From the NCBI GenBank assembly GCA_964557055.1, contig CAZKYZ010000001.1, forward strand, positions 1-30,231: a stretch of 30,231 nucleotides of DNA, written 5' to 3'. Each line of letters begins with the position of its first letter. Positions within the stretch are counted from its first letter, which is position 1. The DNA is from an uncultured Desulfobacterales bacterium (GTDB lineage Bacteria; Desulfobacterota; Desulfobacteria; Desulfobacterales; CAZKYZ01). The notes below the pieces were generated by a model that was not told the DNA's origin, searched no databases, and was given only the letters and a program-made list of their open reading frames with translations. Made by a program: the position numbers and the translations under genes. This document shows, in pieces, positions 8,438 to 17,384 of the stretch.

Positions 8438-9603
8438 ATCAATTCGCTTGTGAGCGCCTGTTTCGTTTTACTGGAAAGGTATGTTTCCAGACGGTTCATG
8501 CCTTCGCTGATGTTTTCCATGGAATTGGCATAAGAAAATCGCAAGTACCCCTCGCCGTTGGGTCCAAAATCAATACCCGGTGCCACCCCGACCCGGGCGT
8601 TTTCCAAAATATCAAATGCGAGATGGTAGGAATCGGGGGAAATATGTTTTGCATTGGCAAACACATAGAAGGCCCCGGTGGGTTCAACAGCAAGGCCAAA
8701 CCCCAAACCTTTCAGGCGTGTAATCATGTATTTGCGACGCTGATTATAAATTCGCCGCATCCTGTGGGTGTCTTTCTGCGTATCTTTCAGGGCGGCAATA
8801 CCGGCTTTTTGAACCATTGCGTTGGCAGAAATAAAAAAGTTCTGCTGCAGCTTCTGAATTGGACGAATAAATGCCGGGGGAGCGATCAGGTAGCCCAGGC
8901 GCATACCGGTCATGGCGTAGAGCTTGGAAAAGCCGTTCAATACAAAAGCGTTATCCGTGAACTCAAGGATAGAGTGCGCCGTGCCTTCATAGACCAGACC
9001 ATGATAAATTTCGTCACTGATTACAAACGGTCGGAATCCGGCAATTGCCCGGATACGCTCGGCGGACAACAGGCTTCCTGTGGGGTTGGCGGGAGAGTTA
9101 ATGAATATCGCTTTTGTACGGGCCGTAATTTTTTCGGCGATTGCTTCCGGACGGTACTGGAAACCATCTTCTTCATAGACAGGGACCGTAACGGGGACCC
9201 CTTCAACAAATTTGATGAAATTCGGGTAGCAGGCGTAGTGGGGATCGGAAATGATGACTTCATCCCCCCTGTTGAGCAGGGCGGCAAACAGCAAGAAAAT
9301 CGCCGGTGACGTTCCCGAGCAGATTACGACACGATCCGCGCCGACGGATACACCGTAAGCGGTTCGGTAATGATCACAGACAGCTTCCCGCAGTTCCAGC
9401 AGGCCCAAGCTGTGGGTGTAATGGGTATAGCCGCTGTCCAAAGCCAGGCAGGCAGCTTTTTTCACACAATCCGGGGTGTCAAAGTCCGGCTCACCGACTT
9501 CCAAATGGATGATATCTATGCCGCGAGCTTCCATTTCACGGGCTTTTTCCAGTACATCCATAACAATGAAGGAGCTAATATCCTTTACGCGATTTGATAT
9601 CAT
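8434..9603 (-). CDS. PLP-dependent class I/II aminotransferase (AspC-like)
   Basis: LEVGEPDF, NSPANPTG, SDEIY, GFSKLYAMTGMRLG (PLP lysine), YLRFSYA. Confidence 0.9.
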   Translation of the reverse strand: MISNRVKDISSFIVMDVLEKAREMEARGIDIIHLEVGEPDFDTPDCVKKAACLALDSGYTHYTHSLGLLELREAVCDHYRTAYGVSVGADRVVICSGTSPAIFLLFAALLNRGDEVIISDPHYACYPNFIKFVEGVPVTVPVYEEDGFQYRPEAIAEKITARTKAIFINSPANPTGSLLSAERIRAIAGFRPFVISDEIYHGLVYEGTAHSILEFTDNAFVLNGFSKLYAMTGMRLGYLIAPPAFIRPIQKLQQNFFISANAMVQKAGIAALKDTQKDTHRMRRIYNQRRKYMITRLKGLGFGLAVEPTGAFYVFANAKHISPDSYHLAFDILENARVGVAPGIDFGPNGEGYLRFSYANSMENISEGMNRLETYLSSKTKQALTSELI

Positions 9604-9630
9604 CTATCCGTCCTATCGGGTCATTGTTCC

Positions 9631-10506
9631 TTAAACGACCTTGTTCAGGGGATATTCGATGATTCCCTCTGCACCCAACTGAAGCAATTCGGGTATCAGT
9701 TCACGGACCCGGTCGGAACCAACCACGGTTTCCACAGACAGCCAATTGGTATTGTACAGTTTGGCGATCGTCGGGGCGTTGAGGCTGGGCAGATGGTCAA
9801 CCACTTTTTGGAGCTTTGATTCAGGAACATTCATTTTCAAGCCCACCAGTTTTTCACCCAGCAGAGCCCCCTTCAACAGAAGAGCGATTCTCTCAATATT
9901 TTTCCGTTTTTCCGGGTTTTCCCATACATTGTGGTTGGCGATCAACTGCGTATTGGTCTGCATCAGCTCGTGAATGATTCTTAGTCCGTGTGCCTTGATG
10001 GTACTCTCTGTTTCCGTTACCTCGACGATGGCATCGACAAGTCCGGAAACGACTTTGGCCTCCGTGGCACCCCAGGAAAACTCGACGGTAACATCAATGT
10101 GCATGTCGAGAAAATATTGTTTGGTAAACGCCACCAGCTCGGTGGCGATTGTTTTGCCCTGCAGGTCCTTTACGCATCGGAATTCAGAGTCGAAGGGGAC
10201 GGCCAGGACCCACCGCGCCGGCCGTGAACTGACTTTTGAATAAACGAGATCTGTAACCACATGAACATCCGAGTTGTTTTCCGCGATCCAGTCTTTACCG
10301 GTCAGCCCGGCATCGAGGGCTCCGCTTTCCACATAGCGGGACATCTCCTGGGCCCGACAGATGGCACAATCGATGGTTTCGTCATCGATTTCCGGGAAAT
10401 AACTCCTTCCGTTTACATTAATAATCCAGCCACCGCGTTTAAAGAGGGCAATGGTTGCATTCTGGAGACTACCTTTGGGAATACCAAGTTTTAATTTATC
10501 GCTCAT
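9631..10506 (-). CDS. hisG: ATP phosphoribosyltransferase, long form
   Basis: [28 protein letters not shown]-terminal regulatory domain ([14 protein letters not shown]). Start ATG 10506 with SD AAGGAGG. Confidence 0.96.
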   Translation of the reverse strand: MSDKLKLGIPKGSLQNATIALFKRGGWIINVNGRSYFPEIDDETIDCAICRAQEMSRYVESGALDAGLTGKDWIAENNSDVHVVTDLVYSKVSSRPARWVLAVPFDSEFRCVKDLQGKTIATELVAFTKQYFLDMHIDVTVEFSWGATEAKVVSGLVDAIVEVTETESTIKAHGLRIIHELMQTNTQLIANHNVWENPEKRKNIERIALLLKGALLGEKLVGLKMNVPESKLQKVVDHLPSLNAPTIAKLYNTNWLSVETVVGSDRVRELIPELLQLGAEGIIEYPLNKVV

Positions 10507-10879
10507 TTTTATACACCTCCTTCGGGTCAAACAGGGCCTTCCCGGTAATCGTTATATTTCCGTTTTCAACCTTTTTGTAAAAACAGCTGCGATGACCGGT
10601 GTGACAGGCTGCTCCACCGATCTGCTCTACTTTGTACAACACGGCATCGTTATCGCAGTCAATACGTATTTCTCGTATAACCTGTATGTTTCCCGACGTA
10701 AGCCCTTTGGTCCAGAGCTCCTGACGACTCCGGCTCCAATAGGTGGCGTGCCCGGTGGACAACGTTTTTTCAAACGCTTCCCGGTTGATAAACCCCAGCA
10801 TTAAAATTTCGCCGGACTGATAGTCCTGTGTGATCGCCGGTATCAAGCCGCCGCTTTTTTCAAAATCAAGTGATATCAT
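10496..10879 (-). CDS. hisI: Phosphoribosyl-AMP cyclohydrolase (no fused HisE)
   Basis: [32 protein letters not shown]. Start moved to ATG 10879 with SD AGGAG; overlaps the hisG start. Confidence 0.95.
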   Translation of the reverse strand: MISLDFEKSGGLIPAITQDYQSGEILMLGFINREAFEKTLSTGHATYWSRSRQELWTKGLTSGNIQVIREIRIDCDNDAVLYKVEQIGGAACHTGHRSCFYKKVENGNITITGKALFDPKEVYKNER

Positions 10880-11063
10880 GATTACAGCTCCTAAAACACT
10901 GAATAGATATAAAAACTCATTTTCATACCAGAATTGCTTCGGTACGTCAAGGATCAATATTAAAGGATTGGCTTGCGGAACAGACGGTTATCTGATAAAA
11001 CGTTCCCTAAAAAACAGGAGCGCTTTCCCTCTTTTGAAAATATAGACGCTTCGTATAGGTGTA

Positions 11064-13475
11064 ATGAATATGGGCAAGATTAATAAATCGTCAGGAATAC
11101 GTGAAAAACGGGAGGTATCCAAGAAGCGCAGTGTTTTTTTCACATTGCTCAAATTGATGTTACTGCTCTCTTTTATCGTTATCGTGGCCGCCGGCGCAGG
11201 ACTTTTTTCCTGGTATTTTTACCTGATAGAAGATCTGCCCAAAATTTCGTCCCTCAACGACTACCGGCCCCCAATCATTACAACCGTTTATTCAGACGAT
11301 AACCGCAAGATTGGTGAATTTTATATAGAAAGACGGATAATCGTACCTCTTTCAGAGATGCCGAACATGGTCAAAGAGGCGTTTATTGCTGCTGAGGATG
11401 CCCGGTTTTATAAACACCAGGGAATTGATCTGCTGAGTATCGTCCGGGCCTTTTTAAAAAATCTGGAAGCCGGAACCATTGTTCAGGGCGGAAGTACCAT
11501 TACCCAGCAAGTGACCAAATCGTTTTTCCTTTCCCCGGAACGGAGCTATACGCGCAAAGTGAAAGAGGCGATCCTGGCCTACCGGATCGACAGGCGCTTT
11601 ACCAAAGACAATATACTCTTTTTGTATTTAAATCAGATTTATTTGGGGCATGGGGCTTACGGTGTGCAGGCCGCTTCTGAAAACTATTTCGGAAAATCCG
11701 CCAAAGATCTAAACTTGGCTGAATGTGCCATGCTGGCGGGTCTTCCCCAGGCGCCCAGTCGATATTCCCCTTTCCGCTTTCCGGAAAAAGCAAAGCAGCG
11801 GCAGATTTATGTGCTGAACCGGATGGTTGCAGTGGGATATATTACCAATATTCAGGCCACGGAAGCCATTAACACCAAGCTCGATATTAAGCCCCGCAAA
11901 AACTGGTACATTGAAGAGGTTCCAATCTACACGGAGCAGATTCGAAGATACGTCGAAGAAAAGTATGGCGAAGACGCCCTTTATAAGGGGGGTTTGCAAA
12001 TTCACACCGCTGTCAACATAGAGATGCAGAAAACCGCGCGCCGGGAGGTTCGCAAAGGATTGCTGGAACTGGATAAGCGTCAGGGCTACCGGGGGCCCCT
12101 TCAACAGCTGAGGCCGGAGGAAATGGAGGTTTTTGCAAAAGAGCAGGCCCAGGAACAGGTGGACGCACCACTGGATATCGGCAAACAGGTGCAGGGGATT
12201 GTCGTTGCCGTTGATGACAAAGAAAAAAACGTGACGGTAAGAATGGGCGCCGGTTTCGGTATCCTGCCCCTGGAGGAGATGAATTGGGCCCGCAAACCCA
12301 ACCCGGAGGTTCCCTTTTATACGGCGGTTTTACAAAAACCGAGCAAGGCTCTTTCGGTGGGAGATGTCATTCTTGTGCGGCTGTTGGAAAAACCAGCGGA
12401 TTCGGATCGGTGGGGCCTCGCTCTGGAACAGGAGCCGGAGGCCCAGTCCGCGTTGTTGTGTATCGAGGTGGAGACAGGGCTGGTAAAGGTAATGATTGGG
12501 GGGCGGGATTTCCAGCAAAGCCAGTTTAACCGCGCCGTTCAATCTCGCAGGCAGCCCGGATCGGCGTTTAAGCCGGTGATTTATGCCGCCGCCATAGATA
12601 AGGGATACACCCCGGCTTCGGTACTGATCGATTCACCCATTGTTTATAGGGATTTTTCGCGAAATCTGGTCTGGAAACCGCAAAACTACAGCGAAAAATT
12701 CTACGGCCCCACCCTGCTCCGGAAGGCACTGGCGAAATCTGTAAATGTAGTGGCCATTAAGCTGATGCGGGACATTGGCATTGATTATGTGATCCAGTAC
12801 GCCCGCAAACTGGGGATTGAATCTCCTCTTTACCCGGATCTTGCCCTGGCGCTGGGAGCTTCCGGCATTTCCCTGCTCGAAATGGTCCGGGCCTATTCGA
12901 TATTCGCCAATGCCGGATATCGGGTTGAACCCATTTTTATTACCAAGATCACCGACCGGGATGGACGCGTATTGGAAGAAAACCATCCCGAACCCGTCCA
13001 GGTCATTGATAAGACCACCGCTTACATTATGACGAGTCTTTTGGAAAGTGTTGTGCAAAACGGAACCGGTCAGCGGGTAAAAGCATTGGGGCGGCCGGTA
13101 GCCGGGAAGACGGGGACCACCAACAACCTCTTTGATGCCTGGTTTGTGGGATACACCCCACAATATGTGACCGGCGTATGGGTGGGCTTTGACGAAGAGG
13201 CCTCCCTGGGTTGGTCCGAAACAGGCGCACGGGCAGCGATCCCGATCTGGCTGGGGTTCATGCAAGAGGTTGTCAAAGATAAAGAGGTCCGCGTATTTGA
13301 GGTTCCGGAGGGAGTGGTCTTTTCAAAAATAGATGCCAAAACGGGTCTTTTGGCGGCACCTGAATCGGAAGAAACGATTTTCGAATGTTTCAAGGAAGGT
13401 ACCGCACCCACAAAACACACGCCTCGTCCCGGGGTTGTCTCCGATTCGGAATCCTTTTTCAAAATGGAAATGTAG
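11064..13475 (+). CDS. mrcA: Penicillin-binding protein 1A (bifunctional transglycosylase/transpeptidase)
   Basis: N-terminal TM helix; EDARFYKHQGID, GGSTITQQ, RKVKE; OB-like insert; SAFK, SVN and KTG transpeptidase motifs. Confidence 0.95.
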   Translation: MNMGKINKSSGIREKREVSKKRSVFFTLLKLMLLLSFIVIVAAGAGLFSWYFYLIEDLPKISSLNDYRPPIITTVYSDDNRKIGEFYIERRIIVPLSEMPNMVKEAFIAAEDARFYKHQGIDLLSIVRAFLKNLEAGTIVQGGSTITQQVTKSFFLSPERSYTRKVKEAILAYRIDRRFTKDNILFLYLNQIYLGHGAYGVQAASENYFGKSAKDLNLAECAMLAGLPQAPSRYSPFRFPEKAKQRQIYVLNRMVAVGYITNIQATEAINTKLDIKPRKNWYIEEVPIYTEQIRRYVEEKYGEDALYKGGLQIHTAVNIEMQKTARREVRKGLLELDKRQGYRGPLQQLRPEEMEVFAKEQAQEQVDAPLDIGKQVQGIVVAVDDKEKNVTVRMGAGFGILPLEEMNWARKPNPEVPFYTAVLQKPSKALSVGDVILVRLLEKPADSDRWGLALEQEPEAQSALLCIEVETGLVKVMIGGRDFQQSQFNRAVQSRRQPGSAFKPVIYAAAIDKGYTPASVLIDSPIVYRDFSRNLVWKPQNYSEKFYGPTLLRKALAKSVNVVAIKLMRDIGIDYVIQYARKLGIESPLYPDLALALGASGISLLEMVRAYSIFANAGYRVEPIFITKITDRDGRVLEENHPEPVQVIDKTTAYIMTSLLESVVQNGTGQRVKALGRPVAGKTGTTNNLFDAWFVGYTPQYVTGVWVGFDEEASLGWSETGARAAIPIWLGFMQEVVKDKEVRVFEVPEGVVFSKIDAKTGLLAAPESEETIFECFKEGTAPTKHTPRPGVVSDSESFFKMEM

Positions 13476-13567
13476 CCCAATCCCCACCCATATTTCCCAA
13501 GAATCAACACAAGCGGAAACCAGGTTCACTATCGTGGGTGTATACAGGCAAGCACAAGCTTTCAAAA

Positions 13568-13605
13568 CAATGGAGGAGATAACCGCACAAAGCTATCCTC
13601 CATTG
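13568..13605. terminator. Stem-loop between the convergent mrcA and TRAP permease genes
   Basis: CAATGGAGGA (13568-13577) pairs with TCCTCCATTG (13596-13605); long loop and only weak U-tracts. Confidence 0.4.
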
Positions 13606-13627
13606 CTTGTCGCACCGGTAGACATGC

Positions 13628-15361
13628 TTAGGCGGCAGGTGTTCTTTTAATTTTATTCCGAAGGCTATATATCCAAATGCCGCTGAATACATATGCGTAA
13701 AGATAGGTTCCGATAGTGATAAGCACCATCGCTTTGACGATATCCCAGGTATCCCCCTGCAGGGAGAAGCCGGGGACATAGCCGAAGAGAAACGGGCCCA
13801 GATATAAAAATTTGGCGAATTTAAAGGCGGCAAAGGCTGTTCTCCACATGTTGGCCTTTGCAATGGTTGCTCCTGCGAACGCTGCAATACAGACCGGCGG
13901 GGTAATATTGGAGTCCTGCGACAGCCAGTAAACGATCATGTGGGCGGCGATGGGATTGACGCCCAGGTGGGTCAAAGCCGGCACCGCGACAACCGCCGTG
14001 ATCAGGTAGGCGGCCGTCACGGGGACTCCCATGCCAAGGACAAGGGAGGCCAGGGCGATATAAAAAATGGTTAGTACCAGTGACCCGCTGGCCAGTTCAA
14101 TGACGATATCGGCAAAGGTCAGCACCAGTCCGCTGAAGGTGAGGACGCCGATGATTATCCCGATAATGCCGACCGTGGCACCAATTTTAAGGCTGTTTTC
14201 GGTTCCATTTCGGGAAGCTTCGAGGAATTCCCGCCAGCCGATCCGCGTATCCTTGCGAACCCAGGAGATGGCAATACAGGTTACGGTTCCCAGGATAGCG
14301 GAGTAAGCCGGGGAATACCCATAAAGCATAAAAATGGTGATGACAACTAATGGAAGAATGTAAAACCATTCTTTTCTCAAGATTTCCCAGGAGGAATAGG
14401 GGGATTTTTCGCCGACAATGTTGTCTTTTTTGGCTTCGTAATGCACCATGATGAAAACCGAAAAGAAATACATGAGTGCCGGGAAAATGGCGATCTTCAT
14501 GATCTGGGAATAAGGTACTCCGGTCAGTTCCGCCATGATGAAACCACCCGCGCCCATGATGGGCGGCATGAACATGCCGCCGATGGATGCCGCCGGTTCA
14601 ATAGCGCCGGCGATGTGGGGTTTAAAACCGGCTTTTTTCATCATCGGGATGGTAAATGAACCGGTGGAAACAGTGTTGGCAATGGCACTCCCGGAAATGG
14701 ACCCGAAAAGACCGCTGGCGATAACCGCAACCTTTCCCGGCCCGCCGATCTTGTGCCCGACGGCCGCCAGGGGCCAGTCAATGAAAAACTTCTGGGCGCC
14801 GCATTTTTCCAGGAAAGCACCGAACAGAACAAACAGCAGAACGTAGGTGGCCAGCACGTTGGCCATGATGCCGAAGACGCCGTCGCTTTTGTAGAAAATA
14901 GTGGTGCACAGTTCGGGAAAGGATTCCCCTGCGTGGGAAATGATGAACGGGGCCAGATCGCCGTAAACCCCGTACAGCAGCATAATGGCGCCGATTACCA
15001 CAAAGATGTTGCCTACCACCCGCCTGGCCAGCTCGACGCCGATGAGCACCCCGATGATGGCGATGCCCATATCCAGCGGAGTTTCCGCACCGGTACGGTA
15101 ACTGATTACCTCAAAATTAACAATCCAATAGCTGATGGAGATGATCGACAAAACAATCAGGATATAATCAACCACCCGCATGACTTTAGACTTGGATTGA
15201 TAGAGCAGGAATACCAGCACATACGTGATGATGACGTAAATCCCCCGGTGATACTGGGTGGCAGCCGGCGTTATCACCGCGGAATAGGAATAAAAGACGA
15301 CCAGGAAGACCGATAAGACGTCAAAAATTATTTTTTCAAACGGTTTTAATTTGTCGTACAT
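13628..15361 (-). CDS. TRAP transporter fused permease (4TM/12TM, TAXI-associated)
   Basis: Very hydrophobic 577 aa; GSISGSAIANTVSTG, ASIGGMFMPPIMGAGGFIM, LGMGVPVTAAY and ITPPV hairpin motifs. Confidence 0.93.
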   Translation of the reverse strand: MYDKLKPFEKIIFDVLSVFLVVFYSYSAVITPAATQYHRGIYVIITYVLVFLLYQSKSKVMRVVDYILIVLSIISISYWIVNFEVISYRTGAETPLDMGIAIIGVLIGVELARRVVGNIFVVIGAIMLLYGVYGDLAPFIISHAGESFPELCTTIFYKSDGVFGIMANVLATYVLLFVLFGAFLEKCGAQKFFIDWPLAAVGHKIGGPGKVAVIASGLFGSISGSAIANTVSTGSFTIPMMKKAGFKPHIAGAIEPAASIGGMFMPPIMGAGGFIMAELTGVPYSQIMKIAIFPALMYFFSVFIMVHYEAKKDNIVGEKSPYSSWEILRKEWFYILPLVVITIFMLYGYSPAYSAILGTVTCIAISWVRKDTRIGWREFLEASRNGTENSLKIGATVGIIGIIIGVLTFSGLVLTFADIVIELASGSLVLTIFYIALASLVLGMGVPVTAAYLITAVVAVPALTHLGVNPIAAHMIVYWLSQDSNITPPVCIAAFAGATIAKANMWRTAFAAFKFAKFLYLGPFLFGYVPGFSLQGDTWDIVKAMVLITIGTYLYAYVFSGIWIYSLRNKIKRTPAA

Positions 15362-15416
15362 ACTTTGCCTGCCTTGGTAGGTGTGTCGGTCTAACGTTTA
15401 TTGGGATATCGTATCA

Positions 15417-15470
15417 CGAAAACAGGAAATCAGGAAACGGGCAGTGGTTTTTCCTGATTTCTTCTTTTCG
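15417..15470. repeat. Long intergenic inverted repeat (hairpin 1)
   Basis: GAAATCAGGAAA (15426-15437) / TTTCCTGATTTC (15450-15461), extended by CGAAAA / TTTTCG across a 3-nt imperfect segment. Confidence 0.7.
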
Positions 15471-15479
15471 GGACCCGGC

Positions 15480-15518
15480 ACCAGCAGGCAGGAAAGCATC
15501 CCCTGCCTGCTGGTTTTT
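15480..15518. repeat. GC-rich intergenic inverted repeat (hairpin 2), U-tract on the + strand
   Basis: ACCAGCAGGCAGG (15480-15492) / CCTGCCTGCTGGT (15502-15514), with TTTTT at 15514-15518. Confidence 0.7.
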
Positions 15519-15555
15519 CCAACAGCCGGTAAGTATTTAAACGGCATGATTTTTG

Positions 15556-16524
15556 TTACATGATACCTTTTTCTTTCCAGAACTTTTCAGCTCCGGGATG
15601 AAGCGGGGTAACAATACCCTTGATACCGCTTTTAACGCTCATTTCCTGAAAAGTTTTTTTCTGGCTGACCATGTGGGCCAGGCCCTCGTCGGTGTAAATC
15701 AGAGAGAGCACCTTGTAGACAACATCTTCAGACACTTCTTTGCTGGCGACCCACAGGGCGGAATCCTGGAAAGAAGGGGTGTCGTTGTCTACGCCCTTGT
15801 AGGTCCCGGCCGGGATAGTCAGTTCAGAGAAGTATGCGTATTTTTTGTAATAACCGGAGGTTTCGGCATCTGCGCCCAAAGCGATCAGGGCAATGTCGTT
15901 GGTCTGGGCCGCCATAATAACGGCACCGGATGGAAAGGCCGTAAACAGCCAGAAGGCATCCAGCTGATTGTTGCCGAAAGCGGCGGCGGCGTCGTTGTAA
16001 CCCATGGCGTTACGTTCAATCTTGTCCCAAATGCCCAGGTGTTTAAAAAAGAGTTCGCAGTTGGCGAATGCCCCGGAGCCGGCGTTGCCGACGCCCACTT
16101 TTTTACCGACCAGTTCGCTGGCGCTCTTAATACCGGAATCCGCCCGAACCACCAGTTGGGCCGGTGCGCCGTAAAGGTAAGCAACCGCGAGTACATTTTC
16201 GTATTTTGTCGTATCGTTGCTCAGCATTCCGTTTCGGCCTTGCCAAACCTCTCCTGAGTATACGACACCGAACTGGGATTTATTGGCGTCAACTTTTCTC
16301 AAATTCTCAGTGGAGCCGGCTGAAGATTGTGCTTTTACAGAAAACCCTTCGATGGCTTTCACCGGTTTGTAGGTCTGAATGGCATTGGCGACTACTTGAA
16401 AGGTACCACCGGCGGGCCCGCCGCCGAAAACAATTCTCTCTTGGGCGACAGCTGTTCCGGCGAAGCCGGCAGCGGCCAGGGAAACGGCACTGATAATGGT
16501 TAACATTTTTTTGAATTTATACAT
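15556..16524 (-). CDS. TAXI-family TRAP solute-binding protein
   Basis: Signal peptide; GGGPAGGTFQ, SSAGSTENLR, VGVGNAGSG, PLHPGAEKFWKE motifs; SD GGGGAGG. Confidence 0.93.
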   Translation of the reverse strand: MYKFKKMLTIISAVSLAAAGFAGTAVAQERIVFGGGPAGGTFQVVANAIQTYKPVKAIEGFSVKAQSSAGSTENLRKVDANKSQFGVVYSGEVWQGRNGMLSNDTTKYENVLAVAYLYGAPAQLVVRADSGIKSASELVGKKVGVGNAGSGAFANCELFFKHLGIWDKIERNAMGYNDAAAAFGNNQLDAFWLFTAFPSGAVIMAAQTNDIALIALGADAETSGYYKKYAYFSELTIPAGTYKGVDNDTPSFQDSALWVASKEVSEDVVYKVLSLIYTDEGLAHMVSQKKTFQEMSVKSGIKGIVTPLHPGAEKFWKEKGIM

Positions 16525-16636
16525 GAGTTCCTCCCCTTGTTGCGTTTTGGCTTTTCCCGGATAACCGTCGATAAGATATTACAAAAGCACAGACGGAACA
16601 GGTATTGCCGGTTAACACAGATGACATCCTATGATT

Positions 16637-16651
16637 TTGTAATGATTATCA
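16637..16651. promoter_or_regulatory. Fur-family-like 7-1-7 box overlapping a candidate -10 element of the TAXI promoter
   Basis: TTGTAAT-G-ATTATCA matches TGATAAT-N-ATTATCA at 12/14 positions and includes minus-strand GATAAT (16650-16645). Confidence 0.25.
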
Positions 16652-16692
16652 GGGGAGAGCAACAAGTTCAATTGGGCGATTTCTGATTCTGT

Positions 16693-16711
16693 TGTCAGAA
16701 AACTTCTTACA
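16693..16711. promoter_or_regulatory. Candidate operator for the adjacent NarL-family regulator
   Basis: TGTCAGAA-AAC-TTCTTACA, an inverted repeat with 7/8 match per arm; an extra TTCTGA half-site at 16681-16686. Confidence 0.45.
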
Positions 16712-16738
16712 ACGGTCCGGGATCGAAAAATATCTTTT

Positions 16739-17383
16739 TCAGGATGACACATCGATCAGTTTGTTTTGAATAGCAAATCTGGAAAGATCCGCATTGTTGC
16801 GCAAGTCCAGCTTTTTCAATAGCCGAAACCGGTACGTATCAACGGTTTTGATGCTGATGTGATAGGTTTCGGCAATTTCCCGGTTGGTGCTTCCCAGTGC
16901 CAGTTGCCGCAGAACCTGGAGTTCCCGGGTCGACAGGGAGTCCAGCGGCGATTGTTGATGACCCCCTTTGGCGATGCGCAACGCCAGGGCATCGGCTGCT
17001 TCGTCGGTAAGATATCGATGGCCGCTATAGATCTTACGAATGGCTTCCTCCAGCTGTTCCGGAGCGGATTGCTTGGTTAAATACCCCATGGCTCCGGCCT
17101 CAATGGCTCTAACCACATACTGGGCCTCTTCGTGCATGGTAAGCATCAGAACAGGCAGTTCGGGAAGACGGGTCTTCAGTTGGGATACCACCTCCAGCCC
17201 ATCCAGGGCAGGCATGGAAATATCGATGACCGCGACATCCGGACGGAGTTTTTCGGCCAGGCGGATGGCATCCCTGCCGTTATCCGCTTCCCCCACGACA
17301 GTCATGTCTTCGGCCTCTTCTACAATGCGGCACAAGCCGGCCCTGACAATGCTGTGGTCATCCGCAAGTAACACCTGAATCAT
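16739..17383 (-). CDS. NarL/FixJ (LuxR-HTH) family response regulator
   Basis: REC domain (LLADDH, DISMP phospho-Asp, GYLTK) plus LSTRELQV...SIKTVDTYRFRLLKKL helix-turn-helix. Confidence 0.95.
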   Translation of the reverse strand: MIQVLLADDHSIVRAGLCRIVEEAEDMTVVGEADNGRDAIRLAEKLRPDVAVIDISMPALDGLEVVSQLKTRLPELPVLMLTMHEEAQYVVRAIEAGAMGYLTKQSAPEQLEEAIRKIYSGHRYLTDEAADALALRIAKGGHQQSPLDSLSTRELQVLRQLALGSTNREIAETYHISIKTVDTYRFRLLKKLDLRNNADLSRFAIQNKLIDVSS

Positions 17384-17384
17384 A

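Noticed and set aside
10880-11063. Histidine attenuator or promoter upstream of hisI
   Set aside because: No run of His codons and no terminator. TTGACG-17-TATGAA (10950-10922) has too weak a -10 to call.
15400-15518. CsrB/RsmY-like sRNA (three CAGGAAA copies near a GacA-like regulator)
   Set aside because: Two copies are buried in the stem rather than in loops, there are few of them, and no + strand promoter is visible.
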